Source: Cycas panzhihuaensis (lineage: Eukaryota > Plantae > Cycadophyta). From it: a stretch of DNA of 64,000 bases. The stretch is from the NCBI GenBank assembly GCA_023213395.1, contig CM041465.1:38323741-38387740 (forward strand), in the 5' to 3' direction. Below are positions 11,976 to 26,600 of the stretch, piece after piece (within the stretch, counting starts at the first letter, position 1; each line of letters opens with the position of its first letter). A model generated the notes under the pieces. It had not been told where the DNA came from. It made no database searches and worked only from the letters and a program-made list of their open reading frames with translations. A program made the translations under genes and the position numbers.

Positions 11976-14197
11976 TTGGTTTACATTCATGACTTACAAT
12001 TTTTTTAAAAATCTTTTATGCAACGTCTTGAAAAATTGCACTTTTTTTGGAGGATTAATTTTGTGGCCAGAAAAAGGGTTTGTGATACTAAAAGTTGCAG
12101 GTGATAAGGAGCTAATTTTCTTGTATTTTTCACAAGACTAAGTTGTGGTGTAATCCTTGCATTGTTTTTTGCCTAAGCTTTGTGCATAAGCAGATTCCAT
12201 TGTAGTTACAAGGGAGAAAAAGTGGCTGCTTATAAGGTTCCTCATTGTCATTATTGAGGATTAAAGATCTTACAAAGTTCTATGTATGCAAAATGCAAAG
12301 AAGGTCTTGAAATCATAAATTATTTCAAGATTTAGTTTTTTTAAAATTGTACTTGTTACCTTCAAAAATTTACAAAGGCTTTTTATGTCAAATTGCTCTC
12401 ATTGAAGAGAGTATATATTAAAAAAATTTGTGTTAATATTCCTTCTTGTGGCCAATAATTTGGCTAGCCCATACTGCCTGTCTCTTCTCCTTGACTACAT
12501 TATGGCATCCTCCATTTATCCCTCTATGGACTCTTTGCACTAGCGCACTCTCTCTTTCTATGTGAGGCTTGCATCATACTTAGCATACAACTCCTTTTGG
12601 TGGCTATTTCTGTGCAAGAAATTCATCTGGCTCTTGTTTATGGACGCATTTCCTGGCTTTGTGCGGCCCTGGCTTAGCTTGCCCTGTGCGTAGCTTTATT
12701 TGGAAGCGGTTGTCCCTGTGTGCATTGTGCGTATTGCATCTGGCAGCACCCTGCATGACTCTCTCTACGTGCGACTCCCTGCCCGGCGACTTCCGTCCAT
12801 TCGGCTCTCTACACTTGCACACAGCTCCCGTTTGTCCCTGCGCCTCGGATCTGCGCCCACGAAGCTGCTGCTGTCCTCTGTCTCCCATGCGGTGCCGCGC
12901 AACTCTACGACTCTCCAAGCCTCCACGTCTCCACGTCTTTCGATTCTCCATGGACTGGCGGCTCCGTTCCTCGTGCTCCCTGCGGTCTTCAATGTCCAAC
13001 TCCTCCAATCCGGCGGTGCCCATCATCATGTGACATTGGTGGCTTTCGAAGCGGTGCCGCTGAAAATCAACCCGCTGCCGCGCCCCTAGTAATTTTCGTC
13101 TCCACCCGTAGTTACATTGCAACCGCTGTTCTTTTTAAAAAAAAATTTGATACATATAGTCATAAACTATATGTTATGAAATAAGGAATATGCTTAAAAG
13201 CATATTCACTTTTTAATTTCTTTCTTTTAAACTTTAGATTTCTAAAGTTTATCTTAATTTTCCTTTTTAAACTTCATTTTAAACATTGTAAGTGCCTTTT
13301 GACACCTTGTTTAGTGTGTAAATCACACTAACATGTATAAGAAAATTTGCAATTATTATATTGAACTTAAAATCACTACTTTAAAGTGATTTTATTATCT
13401 TTTTTAAAAAAATTACTCAATTTTTTAATGACATTGAGGTACTTAGTAACTTATGTCATTAATTTTGAGTTAAGAAGGTGATCTTTTTAGACTCTCAAAG
13501 TGTGTTAATCACACATTATTTTGTACAAGTTTACTAAGTGTAATTTGGTGCTTCAAACACCACATTTTTGGCTTGTTTTTAAGCCTGAAATTGTATCAAC
13601 TAAAGACTTTTTTTTTCTCACTGGGCTCTCTGCGAGGTGACCCATTCATAGTGAGAATTAACATCATCAAAAAGGGAAAATGGATCAATAAAAAGTTGCA
13701 ATTTTTTGGTGCGTAGGGATCATTTTTTCGATCCTAGGTGTTCTTTGTGGACTTGCTTCATTATTGCCTCGATTGAAGGCATTAAATCGTGTTTTTTGTT
13801 TTTGCTGCTGATTATTTCTTTATGAGATTGTTATTTGAGCTTAGTTGCATCACTTGTTAATCAACGCAACTATATTGTAAATTGGAGCTTTTTCAACAAA
13901 GTCTTTCAGCAGCAATCAAGGCCTTCAAGTACACGTTGTTTAGCACTAAAATCAACCCACTTTTATTCATTAAAATACTTAAGTGGGGAGGTTGGAAAAG
14001 GGTTTATAATTTGCCTCAAAGTGCCGATAACTTGGCCAATACTGATCTAGCTATCAGGTTGGACGAACTTGCGAGCCAAGCCCTCCATTCCGTCCACAAA
14101 TTTTTCAGTCTCGTACTGATCTCTTGTTGGATATTGAGTGGAACTTAAGCGGCGTCAACTCAACGACTTTCAAGTTTCATCTAGTATTGCACTCAAA

Positions 14198-17194
14198 ATG
14201 GCGACTTAGATGCTAAATGCAAACACCATTAAATTGACAGGTGCTGAAAATTATCTCACTTGGAAAAAGCAAGCAAAAAACTTGTTGATTATGAATGAAT
14301 TGCGGGGTTATGTATCAGGCGAAATCGCCAAACTAGAACCCACTCCTGATCCAATTAATCCTCAAAATTTGATTCCAGCAGATCCTGTTGCATTAGCTTC
14401 TTTTAAAGCTAAAGATGAGGTTGCACTCGCATTTATTCATCAGTCAGTCAGTGATAATGTTGATTAGAATATTGAATCTCCTTCAACTTCAAAAATTGCT
14501 TGGGACATAATTGTTTCATTGTATGAACGAAAAGATGATGCACAAATTGTGATGTATAAAGCAAAATTATTCAGTTTGAAGTATGTTGCTCCAATCGCAA
14601 CCTACTTATCTTCAATTAAGGCTATTAGTAATCAACTGACAACACTTAGCAAACCAGTCACGAACGAAGACCTGGTTACTACAACAATTCATGCTTTGCC
14701 CAAAGAATACAATGGTTTTATTTCTGACATTTCTCGAAATTGAACTTTGTCGATTCTAACTTTTAATGAGTTAGAACGTTTACTGTTGCAAGAAGAAGAG
14801 ATTTATTCACGGCAAGATGAAGTAAGCACATTTGGTGCTTTCTCCGCAAAGTTTAAATCCAAGCAGCAATTCTAGCCCAAGTAGAATTTTCTCAAAAAAT
14901 TCGACAGTCTTAACATTAAATCTAAGACTGTTGTCTGTCATTATTGTGACAAAGTTGGCCACATTCAGCTTGACTGCAGAAAACGTCAATATGACTTGCA
15001 ATAACCACAACAACAACAAATTCAACGCCAACAGAAGTTTCGTTAGCGGCAACAGAATCAACAGCAGCAACAAAGACCAACTCGAGGTGCATTCCAAGGT
15101 GGTCGACAACGAAGGACAAATCGTGGTGGTTTTCAAGGCCACACAGCTCAACATGATCCAAGTTACATGACCTTTTCTGCATATAGTGGCAACCACAATG
15201 ATAATACTTGGATCATTGATTCTGGCGCATCACGTCACATGATAGGTGATGCAAATATATTGTCAAATTTTCAAGAATGTCAGGGAGAAACAATGACATT
15301 TGGGGACAATGCCACTGTCGAAATATCAGGTGTAGGACAAATTACACCTCTTGATGAGCATTCTGCATTCCTTAGTGGAAATGTTTTCCTAGTTCCTGGA
15401 ATGCCTAAAAACTTACTTTCTGTCAGTCAGCTTGATAAGCAGCAGATGAGTGTGCTATTCAAAGACAGAAAGTGTATTATCAAGAACAAAGACGACCTGA
15501 TTGTTGCAGTTGGTCATGAAGATTGTGGCCTCTATAAATTAGGCACAACATCTGGATCTTCTCATGCATACGTCTCCCATTCTATTAATAAGATTCAACT
15601 GTGGCATGAAAGACTTGGACATCTGAATCTTGACAGCATTAGAGAGATGTTCAGAAACAATTTGGTTTATGGCTTACCCAAAATCTCTGGGGGTCATTGC
15701 CTTTGCGAATTATGCCTTATGGGGAAGCAACATCGAGAACCTTTTGAGAAAGGAAAGGCCTGAAGAGCACAACATCCACTTCAGCTTATACATTCTGACA
15801 TTTGTGGTCCCATGACCACTCAGTCTCATGGAGGATCATCATTCTTCATGACATTCATTGATGATTTCTCACATAAAGTGTGGGTCTACTTTCTAAAACA
15901 TAAGTCAGAAGCTTTGAACAAGTTTAAAGAATTTAAATTTGCGGTTGAAAATGAATCAGGCATGCAGATCAAAATACTCTGTACAGATAATGGTGGCGAG
16001 TATACGTCCAAGGACTTTAATCAATTTTGTATTCAAAATGGCATCAAATGCCAATTTTTTGCCCCTTACACACCACAGCAAAATGGTGTAGCAGAAACAA
16101 TGAACATAACCTTGGCCAGTCAAGCAAAAGCTATGATCCATGCCAAAGGTCTCTCATTATCATATTGGGCAGAAGCACTGCATACTGCTGCGTACCTATC
16201 AAATCGTAGCTCAACTTCTGCACTTTCGGGTATGACACCCGAGGAGGCCTAGACTGGCCAAAAACCAACGGTTAGCCATTTATGAACTTTTGGATGCATG
16301 GCCTACATGAACATTCCTCACGAGCAATGTCAGAAATTTGACGACAAAAGTCTCAAATGCATCTTTGTTGGATATGCTCCTGGCAGTAAAGCATATCGCT
16401 TGTTTGATCCTCTTACCAAAAAGATGCATACTTCACGAGACGTTGTCTTTGCAGAAGACACTAGGAAGATCGACGTCAGCATTCCTCCTCTCTCCCTTGA
16501 TAAAGGCAAAGCCATTCTTGAAAAATTGGTTCCTTCATCTTCCTCAACACCTTGTACTTCATCTGCATCAGTTGCTTCTTCTTCCTCCTCATCTTCCTTA
16601 GTACCTTCATTGAGTCCTCCTTCTTTTTCTTTAGAGGTTCAACAATCACCTCCAACACAGGACCATAAAGCTACATCGTCGAAGAAACTACCCAAATGGT
16701 ACATGCAAACTATTGCAGATTCACAGATTGTTGAAGGAAAACGACCATCCAAAATGTGACCGTCGTCCACTGTCAATTACGCACTTATGGCTGAAGTGCT
16801 TACTGCTCTTGAGCCTTCCACTTTTGAGGAGGCATGTACAAATGAAAAGTGGCAGGCTGCCATGGATGACGAGATCCACTCCATTTACTAGAATGACACA
16901 TGGGACTTAGTTGAGTTACCACTTGGCCAACAAGCCATCAATTGTAAGTGGATCTATAAACTCAAGTATAAGTCTGATGGTACTATTGAGCGACATAAAA
17001 TCCGCCTTGTTGCTAAAGGCTTCAAACAACAAGAAGGCATTGACTACACCGAGACTTTTGCACTAGTAGCCAATATGAATACCATCAGGATTGTTAGGGC
17101 CTTAGCTGCCGGATGCAAATGGCCATTATATCAAATGGATGTCAAAAGTGCCTTTGTCAACGGCGATTTGACTGAGGAGGTCTACTTGGAACAA
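14198..17194 (+). pseudogene. Ty1/Copia gag-pol (gag, CCHC, protease, GAG-pre-integrase, integrase, RT truncated), preceded by a ~2.2-kb leader
   Basis: KLTGAENYLTWKKQ, CHYCDKVGHIQLDC, WIIDSGASRHM, LWHERLGH, FIDDFS..TDNGGEY..PQQNGVAE, RLVAKGFKQQEGIDY..QMDVKSAF. Several premature stops. Ends at EEVYLEQ. Confidence 0.95.
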
Positions 17195-17309
17195 CTTGAA
17201 GAGCGGATTGGTGGCTTCGAATTTCTCCAAGTCTGGTGATGACCTTCGCCATACGAAGGCGATCTAGTTGGAGCAAGGAGTAATTTCTTGAGGTTTGATG
17301 TTGAAGGAC
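17195..17309 (+). repeat. 115-bp direct repeat, copy 2, at the Copia RT / Gypsy junction
   Basis: Matches 11861-11975. Confidence 0.95.
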
Positions 17310-20300
17310 GTATCAACAATTCTAGTAATTCTACAACAAGATAAAACATCATCACAATCACCAAGGAGGACTATAGCGCAAGGTAATGAAGCCACTACTA
17401 TGTTGATTGATCAATTTCTGCAAAGTGAGATAACTGTGAAAATTTCGACATTGCTCCAACATGATCCATTACTTTTACAAATTCTCGAAGAATATATACA
17501 ACAAATAAAGACAAAACAAAAAGAGTCTTTCCAAGAAGGGACATTGTCAGTCGCTACAAAAGATTGCATCAACATTCCTAACATTTTGGATATACACAAC
17601 TCTCAATTAGAATGTCACGTATGATCTTTAAGAGCAGATCAAGAGATCATGAGCTTAATGAATTTATTAGGGCATGCTTTGAATAACACTGGTAGACGAG
17701 GGCGTTGGAGTCAATATTGTACCAATAACAACTTGGCAAAAAATTGGTAGGCCTACACTACTGCCTCCTACATTTTGTTTACAATTGGCCGATTAACATG
17801 GTGTTCAACCACTAGGAATGATGTTGGCTCAAAAAATGCACATCGAGAATCAAGATTTTGTGATGGATTTTGTTTCTATACCCATGATCGACAGAATGTC
17901 TCTAGCATATGATGCACTTTTAGGACTGCCTTGGTTGCATGCTGCACGTGCACTTCGGAATTGGGGTCACAATATACTAGCAATCAAGCAAAAGAAAAGA
18001 AATAGTTAATAAATTTAAATCATCATACCATAAGTGAGGAAATAACGGACTCTAGTTCCCCGATGAAGACGATGATGATAAGGAATATGTTCATGATATC
18101 AAGGAGGATCAACATCCCCTAAGTACAATATTTGACAATGATAATACATGTGAACCAATTGAGGGTGTTTTGTATTTGGATCGTGTTAAGAGGATGAGGT
18201 GGGATCAAATAGTGGATCATTTCATTGGCAACAACAAAAGTATGAAATATTTTTACCATCATGCTATATAGTAGATATAGAACCACTAGACTCCAAGAAT
18301 GTTTATCAAAAACAAGATACATATAATCATAAACATGAATATCGCAATCAATTTTCTAAAGCCCTTAAAGGAAAACAAGTAATATTTCATAAATCTGCAT
18401 ATAATTTTGATAAGGACCAAATTTTCTATGATGAAGCACCACAACAATCAATTAATTTAGGAACCGAATAGAACATACAAATAATAATGATGGGCAATAA
18501 ATTAGAACCCATATTAATAGCAACAGCCACAAATTTTTCTTACAATACAAAGATGTTTTTGCTTGGACATATAAAGACTTGAAAGGAGTGCCAAGAGAAA
18601 TGTGTGAACATAAAATTGAATTAATACTAGGATCTAAACTAGTAAAACACCGACCCTATAAAATGAGTCCCAAATATGCATAGCAAGTGGACATAAAGAT
18701 TAGAAAAATATTGGATGCTAGAATTATATTTAAGGTCAAAACAAGTGAATGGGTCTGACCAATCGTGGTAGTTCCTAAGAAAAATAGGAAACTCTACATT
18801 TGTGTTGATTTTCAAAAGTTGAATGCAGTAAAAAAGAATTGGGGATTGAAAAGATTTAGCCCATGGTTTAGACGATCGACGGTATTGGATAAAGCACAGG
18901 CCAGTTGCCAATGGTATCGAGCCATCTCATGGCCGATTAGCCCACGGGATTGGCCAACCCCAATCGACCAACCGCAGGTTTGGCTGACCTTGGTGGCTTG
19001 GTCAACCCTTTATTTCGGTTAGTTGACCCACCAACGGGCCAACACAAGCTGCAAAGCCAACCCAAGCGATCAAATTTGAGCAGACAAGCCAAGGGCTAAC
19101 AAGCAGACACAGACAGTTCAACAAGCTAACGAATAGATGAACAATTAGTTCAATTATCTCAAATGAATATTCAGGTTTTCCTTTTGTTCTTCTCTTTGTG
19201 TGAAAATCTTGTTTTTTGGAAATGTTGAGAAGTGGTTTTACAAAATATACTCCGAAAACTCTCTCTTTTTTGGGGTCTATACAAAAACATCTAGAAGAAG
19301 ATATAGATATTCCATTTGAAATTGATGGACATCAGATTAAATGGCAAATATTAGACTCACCATTCTTACATAAATGGTTGGAAGTCAAAGATCAGAATGC
19401 CACGTTGAGAGCAAATCTGACCAGTGCGGAGGTAGTTCAAGCTACCTCATTTCTAGTCTTCTCGAAGAATTCAAAATGACTCCAAGAAATATTGGATAGC
19501 TATGACCCTATTGACCGCATATTGACAATTAACTACAAAATTATAGGTATGGAACTCTGAGATGTAGCAAAATTAACAGGGTTTTCAGCCCAAGGTCAAG
19601 AGATAAAAGAATTGGGGAGTTTAACTGCCTCAATGAAAGACTAGATTATTTAGACGATATGCAAAAAAGAGTTTCATACGAAACATGGGGGAGGAGGCAT
19701 TCCAGTCACCCATCTCAAAACTGCGAATGTGATGGTAGTAGCAGTTTTCATGTGTAAGAGGCTTCTGGGTGAACAAGGTTGTAACACATTGCCTTGGTGG
19801 ACAGCATCATACCTTGAAGGGCTCATGAAAAGAGTAATCTACAATTAGTCAACTTTCATTTCGGAAAAACTCAAGACATCGTTGCATCGGTTGATTATGG
19901 GAGGACAATCAAGTTTTAATTTCACACTCTACCTATTTGGATTCTGCTATGAGAAATTTCACTTGCCATGATTAGCGAAGAGGTCAACAATACTACTTCT
20001 ATCTACATTTCATCAAGGCTCTTCAACTCCTAAGCAAATCCGTCCAAAAGTTTAGAAAGAAGCTGAAATAGAAAGAACACGGAAAAGGAAGATTGTAATA
20101 GTACGAGAAACGGATGAGTCCTCTGAAGCTTCTGATGATTCTAATGAAGACTACGTTGTAGACTAATCGAATCTCAACTCTAGCGAAGATAGTGATGAAC
20201 TGGAAATAGAAAGTAAGACTACACCAATCTCTATTGATAAAGTCTCTCTGGGTCCATCTCTAGACTTGAACATTCTGACATCTCCCGCCGTGGATAGTGA

Positions 20301-20677
20301 AATAACAAGATGTGAACTATTTGAATTGTTAGCAACAGGCAGGAAGACAGATGATTCTCCACCATCCAAACAAGAGGAGCGATAGGAAGCAACTACAACT
20401 TCCATTGATATGAAGATCATTAAAGAACAAGAAACCCACATGATGAGTTTATTAGATCAATATCGTGCGATGGCAGAAGCACAAGGATCATTATTCCTGA
20501 AGATGGTTGAAGATCATCATCATAAAGAGGATTATTATGGTTAGTTATGAAAGGATTTATAAGAGGCAAGGGAATTACTACAGAAAAAGGAGGAGGAATG
20601 TACTCAACTAACAAAGACAAACCAAGAAATGTACAATCGGGAGTCACTTCATATCCAACAAATTAATGTATTGGAGG
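17310..20677 (+). mobile_element. Deleted Athila-like Gypsy: protease, RT N-terminus, then an extra ORF remnant (~19216-20677, resuming at 27571-~27750)
   Basis: VDEGVGVN, YDALLGLPWL, VFAWTYKDLKG..EHKIEL, VVPKKNRKLYICVDFQKLN then an abrupt break near 18835. A downstream degenerate ORF has acidic and coiled-coil-like segments. Confidence 0.8.
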
Positions 20678-23600
20678 TGAAAAAATCAAGATGGGTTCTA
20701 AATACTCATGTGCATGCAGATATGAAAGCATAAATAGAATTAAAGATAGCTTAATACAAATTATTTGCATAGAATAGAGACAACCAAATTAGTTGGCACC
20801 GTCAATCCTCAATTTAGCAAAGTTTCACCATATCCAAAAAATCAATGTACAAGGAAGAGCATTCAGGCATGATTTATAAGCCACAATATGCTTCAAATAT
20901 CAATCTAATTGCCCGACATAATAGGCCAATACAATTGGCCCATTATTCGACAAGGGGCAGACCAGACATGATTATACATTACAATTGAATTACAATAAGA
21001 TACATTTACAAATAAGATGCTATTAATGTTTTAACACCCTCCCTTAATGACAACTTCATTGAATTGATGTTGAGGTCGTGCCAAAACCTTTCAAACTTTG
21101 ATCTCCCAAGTGCTTTGGTGAAGATATCTACAACTTGATCCTCAGTCGATCGGTACACAAGGTCAACTTCTTTGTTTTGCACATGTTCACAAATGAAGTG
21201 ATGATGAACCTCTATATGTTTGGTTCTTGCATGGAAGACAGGATTCTTGGTCATCTTCAACATACTTTGATTATCACAATAAAGAGTAGTGGCATGAGTC
21301 TGTTGAAGTCCAAGTTCAGCAAGAATCCTACGTAGCCAAATCAACTCAATGGTTGCATGAACAATTGCTTTGTACTCAGCTTCCTTCGAGGAGAGAGCAA
21401 CATTTGGTTGTTTCTTGTAGCTCTAAGAAACTATAGCTGAGTTCATGTCAAGCGGTACCCTAGCGTGAGTCTTGGCAACCAGCCCAATCAACATTTGTAT
21501 ATCCTTTTAAGACAAGATTGTCTGCTTGGTTGTAATCAAGGCCAAGCTGAAGTATGTCGCGGATGTACTTGAGTATTCTAGTGGCGGCTTTCTAGTGAGA
21601 TGCCTTGGGCTATGACATGTATTTGGAACAGAACCCAACTACATATCAGATATCTGATCGAGTGTGAGTGAGGTAGATCAGACTCCCAACTAGTTGCAGG
21701 TACAAAATAGGATCAAAGGGTTTGCCTTGTTCGTACAGTGTGAGCTTGGTCCATGTTTCCATTGGTATAGGTGATGGTTTGCAGTTGCTCATTCTAAACC
21801 GCTACAGAAGTTCATTTGCATATTTGGATTACGACAGGAATATGTGACCAAGTTTCTATCATACCTCAATACCAAGGAAATAATGTAGCAACCCAAGGTT
21901 AGTCATCTCAAAGTTGCCTTTGAGTTCTGTTTGGAGACAACCTATACCATCATCATCATTTTCAATGTTTGCCAAGTCATCCACATAAAAAACTATGATA
22001 GTGATCAAACTGCCTCTAATTCGAATGTACAGATTCAGATCAGAGAGTGAATAAGTGAACCATGATGCATGAAGAAGGAATCAATCTTTGCATACTAGGC
22101 ATGACGTGTTTGCTTTAGTCTGTAGAGAGATTTCTTAAGCTTACAAACTAAGTGTTCTTTTTCAGGAACAACATCGCTGGGGGGTTGCCTCAAGAAAACT
22201 TCTTCAATGAGCTCTCCATTTAGGAAGGCACTCTTCACATCCCTCTGGTATATAGGCCAATTGAATTGAGCCACAAGTGACATAACCAGATGGAATGTGG
22301 TTATGTTGGCAACGGGTGCAAAGGTCTTTTCATAATCAATCCTCTCTTGTTGTTTGAAACCTTTTGCTACCAAACAAGCTTTGTGGCACTCAATGGTGCC
22401 ATTAGCATAAAACTTTATTTTACAAAGCCATCTACAATCAATTGGCTTCTTTTCAGGTGGAAATTTAGTCAGCTCCCATGTATTATTCTTGACGATTGAG
22501 TTCATTTCTTCGTCTATGGCAGCTTTCCATGTTTGGTCTTTGACTACCTCCTCAAATGTGGAAGGTTTAGGAGTCTCAAGGACACGTGCCATTAAGGCAT
22601 AATTTGTTGAATGCCTCATTCTAGACTCTCTCTCGAGAGTAGTAGGAGGAGAAGGTGCATCCTTCATCACTTACAGGTACCACTTAGGAGGTTTTTGGAT
22701 ACTAGTGACCTCCACCTAAAGATCATCTGATGATATAGGTGGCATTGCAAAGGTGGTATCTAAATTTGAGGTTGAAGCTAGTGGAGTTGAAGATGAACTT
22801 GGTGTGTAGGATATTGTTGGTGCAAGAGGCTCAACAATTGATGTAAAGGGACTTGTGATACACCAACATCATCATCTGAGGCAAACTAAATTTGAGATGG
22901 GCCCAAGTCTGGAGTATCTTCAGCAAAAATAATGTCCCGAGTTAAGTATGCTTGATTTCCAATAGGATCATACATGTTGTAAGCTTTACATGCGGATACA
23001 TAACTAATGAAGATGCACTTGAGGCTCTTGTCATCAAACTTTTTCCTATTTTCTTTGGGGATGAACTTGTTAGCGGTGCAACCAAATGTCCTTAAATGTG
23101 AGACTGTGGGCTTTTGGCCTGATCAAGCCTCCTCGGGTGTTGTATCTATTACTGCTACTGTGTCACTTCTATTTGTTAAATATGGAATAGTTGATAGAGT
23201 TTCAACCCAAAAATGAGTAGCAAGTTTTGCAGCACTCAACATAGCTTTTGCTTTGTTTACCAAAATTTGATTCATTCTTTTTGCTACACCATTTTGTTAG
23301 GGTGTGCATGGAGCAGAGAATTGTGTTTGATCCCAAATTCTTGGAAGACATTGGTGAACTATCTTGATGTATACTCTCCTCCATTATATGATCTAAACAC
23401 TTTGATAGTCATGCTGGATTTATTTTCAACTTCAATCTTGAAGCCCCTTAATTTGTCAAAGGCTTCAAATTTGTGTCGAAGAAAGTAGACCCAAACTTTC
23501 CTCCAATAATCATCAATGAATGTAATGAAGAACAAACTTCCATTGAGGGAAGGAACTGACATAGGTCTACATATATCTGAGTGGACTAACTCCAATGGTT

Positions 23601-26600
23601 CAGAGGCACGCCAAGCTTTTTGTGAAGGGAATGGCTCTTTGTGTTGTTTTCCAACTAAACAAGCCTCACAAATGCAATTGTTCCTCTTGAACTTAGGCAA
23701 CTCGTGCACCACTTGTAGCCTATACATGAGATTGAGGCTTTGCATGTTCAGGTGACCTAGGCATTGATGCCATAATTGGTCCTTGGTGCTCTTTGAGGGG
23801 GGTAGCTCATCATGGTATAAACATTCACTTTGAATTTCTTCAATGGGTGGGGCTTCAACTAAGATTTCTTTGCCTTTATCACGGTGATTGGTTTGTATAG
23901 AAACACAAGAATCTTGTTGTGGGATAGTGGTGAGGGGAACTCCATCCAACTTGTATAACCCACTGTTCTCGTGTCCTATAGCAATCAATTGACCTGTAGC
24001 ATGATTTGTGATGGTGCAAATACCTTGGCTGAATAGAACATCAAGATTCTGCTTGTCTATCTGGCTAATTGATAGCAAGTTTTGTTTCATGCTAGATATC
24101 GAGAAAATGTTGCTAATGTGATTGTGAACATTAGAGTTCTTCAATGCAATGGGGGCTCTACCAATTTTAGTTACATCATATGTGAGATTGTCTTTAAATG
24201 TAATTGTTTGAGCCCTTATAGAATGTATATCCTCAAGCAAATCTTCGATACCATTCATGTGATGAGTGGCACCATAATCAATCAACCAAGAATTGTCATC
24301 ATGTTGAGATGACAAGGCTACATAGGACAAGTTTTTAGAGTTGCCTTGAGAATCAACTATATTGCCTCTTTGTTGGAAATTCCTATTGAACCTTTGATTT
24401 CTCGGTTGGTTTCTTTGTTATTACCTGTTGAATTGCGTTGATTTTCATTTCTGCCTTGGTTCCTGTTTTGTTGAAAATTTTGTCCCCATTATTGTCCACT
24501 TTGATTTTGTAAGAGTTGCAGTTCTGCTTGTCTTCTCCTGTAGTCTACCACAAAATGCCCATTCTTGCCATAATATAATCAAGTGACATTTTGTCTTCGT
24601 TGATTCCTTGATGGCTGTAGCTGTTGTTGTTGAATGAGGTTCAATGAACCAAATTGTTGGCCAAGGGGTTGTTGTTGGTGTGGTTGTTGATGTGGCCGGT
24701 TCCTCCCTAAAATTTTGGCTGCAAATGCAGGAGCAGAGTTAGAAGTAGATGCCACTCCTTGGCGATTTAGGATGCCCTCCTCTCTAAGCAAAAGTCCTTC
24801 CAAGGTGTTGAACTTTATTGTGGCAAAGTTATTATATAGGTGGGATACAAAGTCGTTGTATTCAAGGGGAAGGATGTTGATAATACTTGACACTAAGTCA
24901 TGGTTAGAAGGAGGGGCACCAAGGTTGTTGAGTTGATTCCTTATAATTTTAATTTCAGTAAGGTGTGAAGCTATAGAGCCAGTAAAAGGGATGGCAAAGA
25001 GGCGAGCTTTCAAAGTGACTGATCTAGAGTCATCTTTTCTCTCATAAAGGAAGCACGTGGTGCTCCAAGCTTTATGAGAGGTTTCGACAGTTTCAATATT
25101 TTGATCAACTTGGTCTTCAACAGTAAAGTGAAGAAAAGAGAAGGCAATGTTATCTTTGGCTTTGAAAGCTGTTAGGGCAACATGATCAGGCATAATCTCT
25201 TAGTCTAGGTTGTTTGGGTCCTTGGTGGGTGTTGGTTGAATATGTCCCTATTTACATAAGCCCAATAATCAATCATTCATTATCAAAAGGTTTTTGACTT
25301 GTTTCTTCCAAGCCAAAAAGTTATTGGTTCCACTTAGTTTTGTGCTGCCATGTTTGTGTGTCTTTGTGTTTTATTTACCTAAGGGGCTACTAAACTAGAA
25401 TGCTATAGTCTTAAGACTCTCTAAGAAGCCTTTAGTTGCTATTTTGTCTAGTGGCGTCTACTTACAAGTGGCAGTTCAGGGACTCTATATATTTCGGTAT
25501 GTGAGCAAGTTAAACTCTATATACCTAAGTACATGAACATAGAAGGCCGACATGCCCCCTTGACATTGTTTGTCCACCTGTGCCGAATTTATTTTGAGCG
25601 ATAGATCTAGAGAAGAACTACTAACCAAGGGACTCACCTCCTCTGGGTTTAGCCTAGTCTCCAAACTCCAATGATGGTTTACACCTTAGCCTACCACGTA
25701 ATACACCTTATAGCCAATGCCTTTCTCTAATGTTCACAAAGTTTGAGAAAAGGAAAAGGCATGTGCGGAGTGGTAACTTTAGGGGTCCTAATCGTTCCCC
25801 TTGCAAGGTTGGAAAAGTTATGGTGTTCAAATTTAGAGTTATCTTTTTAATTTTTCAAGTTTAACTTTTTTTTAAGTGTAGTCTTATTTAAATGAGAGTT
25901 TTTTTTTAAATTAAAAAAATAAAGAGACTAAAAGGAAATTCAAATAAATAAAAATGGGTAGGGTTTAGGTTGCTCAAAAAAGGACTATGCTTACAAGATG
26001 AGAGCTGCCTCCTTTGCTCAAGTAGGGCACCTACAACCATAATGCAAATGCAAATGTTAGTCACAAATCAAGTAGAATAGCTAATGAGATGAATGTGAGC
26101 AACAAACAACAGAAAAACCCTTTTGCAATATGCGAAATAAGTCCTCAATTAGTGAAAAAAGACTTAAGAAAGCGCATAAAGAAGGGTCAACTTCATCTAA
26201 AGCAAATACATTGAAATTATATCCAAATGAATCTGAAATTGACTCTAGGCTATAGAGCTTTGAGTTAGGATTTCGACAGATCTTACGGCTTGAAAAATGG
26301 ACCTCCCGTTGCAAAGTTATCACCAAAATAGTGAACATACCTTCTTATGCATCAAAAACTGAAATGGAATGGGCTTAAGCCCCCTTGGCTACTAAGCCCC
26401 TAGTCACTGGGATGCTCCACATGATCACCTATTGGACTGAAAAAGGGGCTAACGAACTTATAAACAAATTACAATGTAGTTAAATTAAACCTCAACTTTA
26501 GAAAAAAATATATGAAAAAATAAATCAAACCACCACACATGAATTTGATGAGCAAGCCAACAGAATGAAACTAAACTCAATCGAGATCGAGTATTGAGTG

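Noticed and set aside
12604-13122. Overlapping 75-172 aa ORFs
   Set aside because: A by-product of a GC-rich leader, with no recognisable domain.
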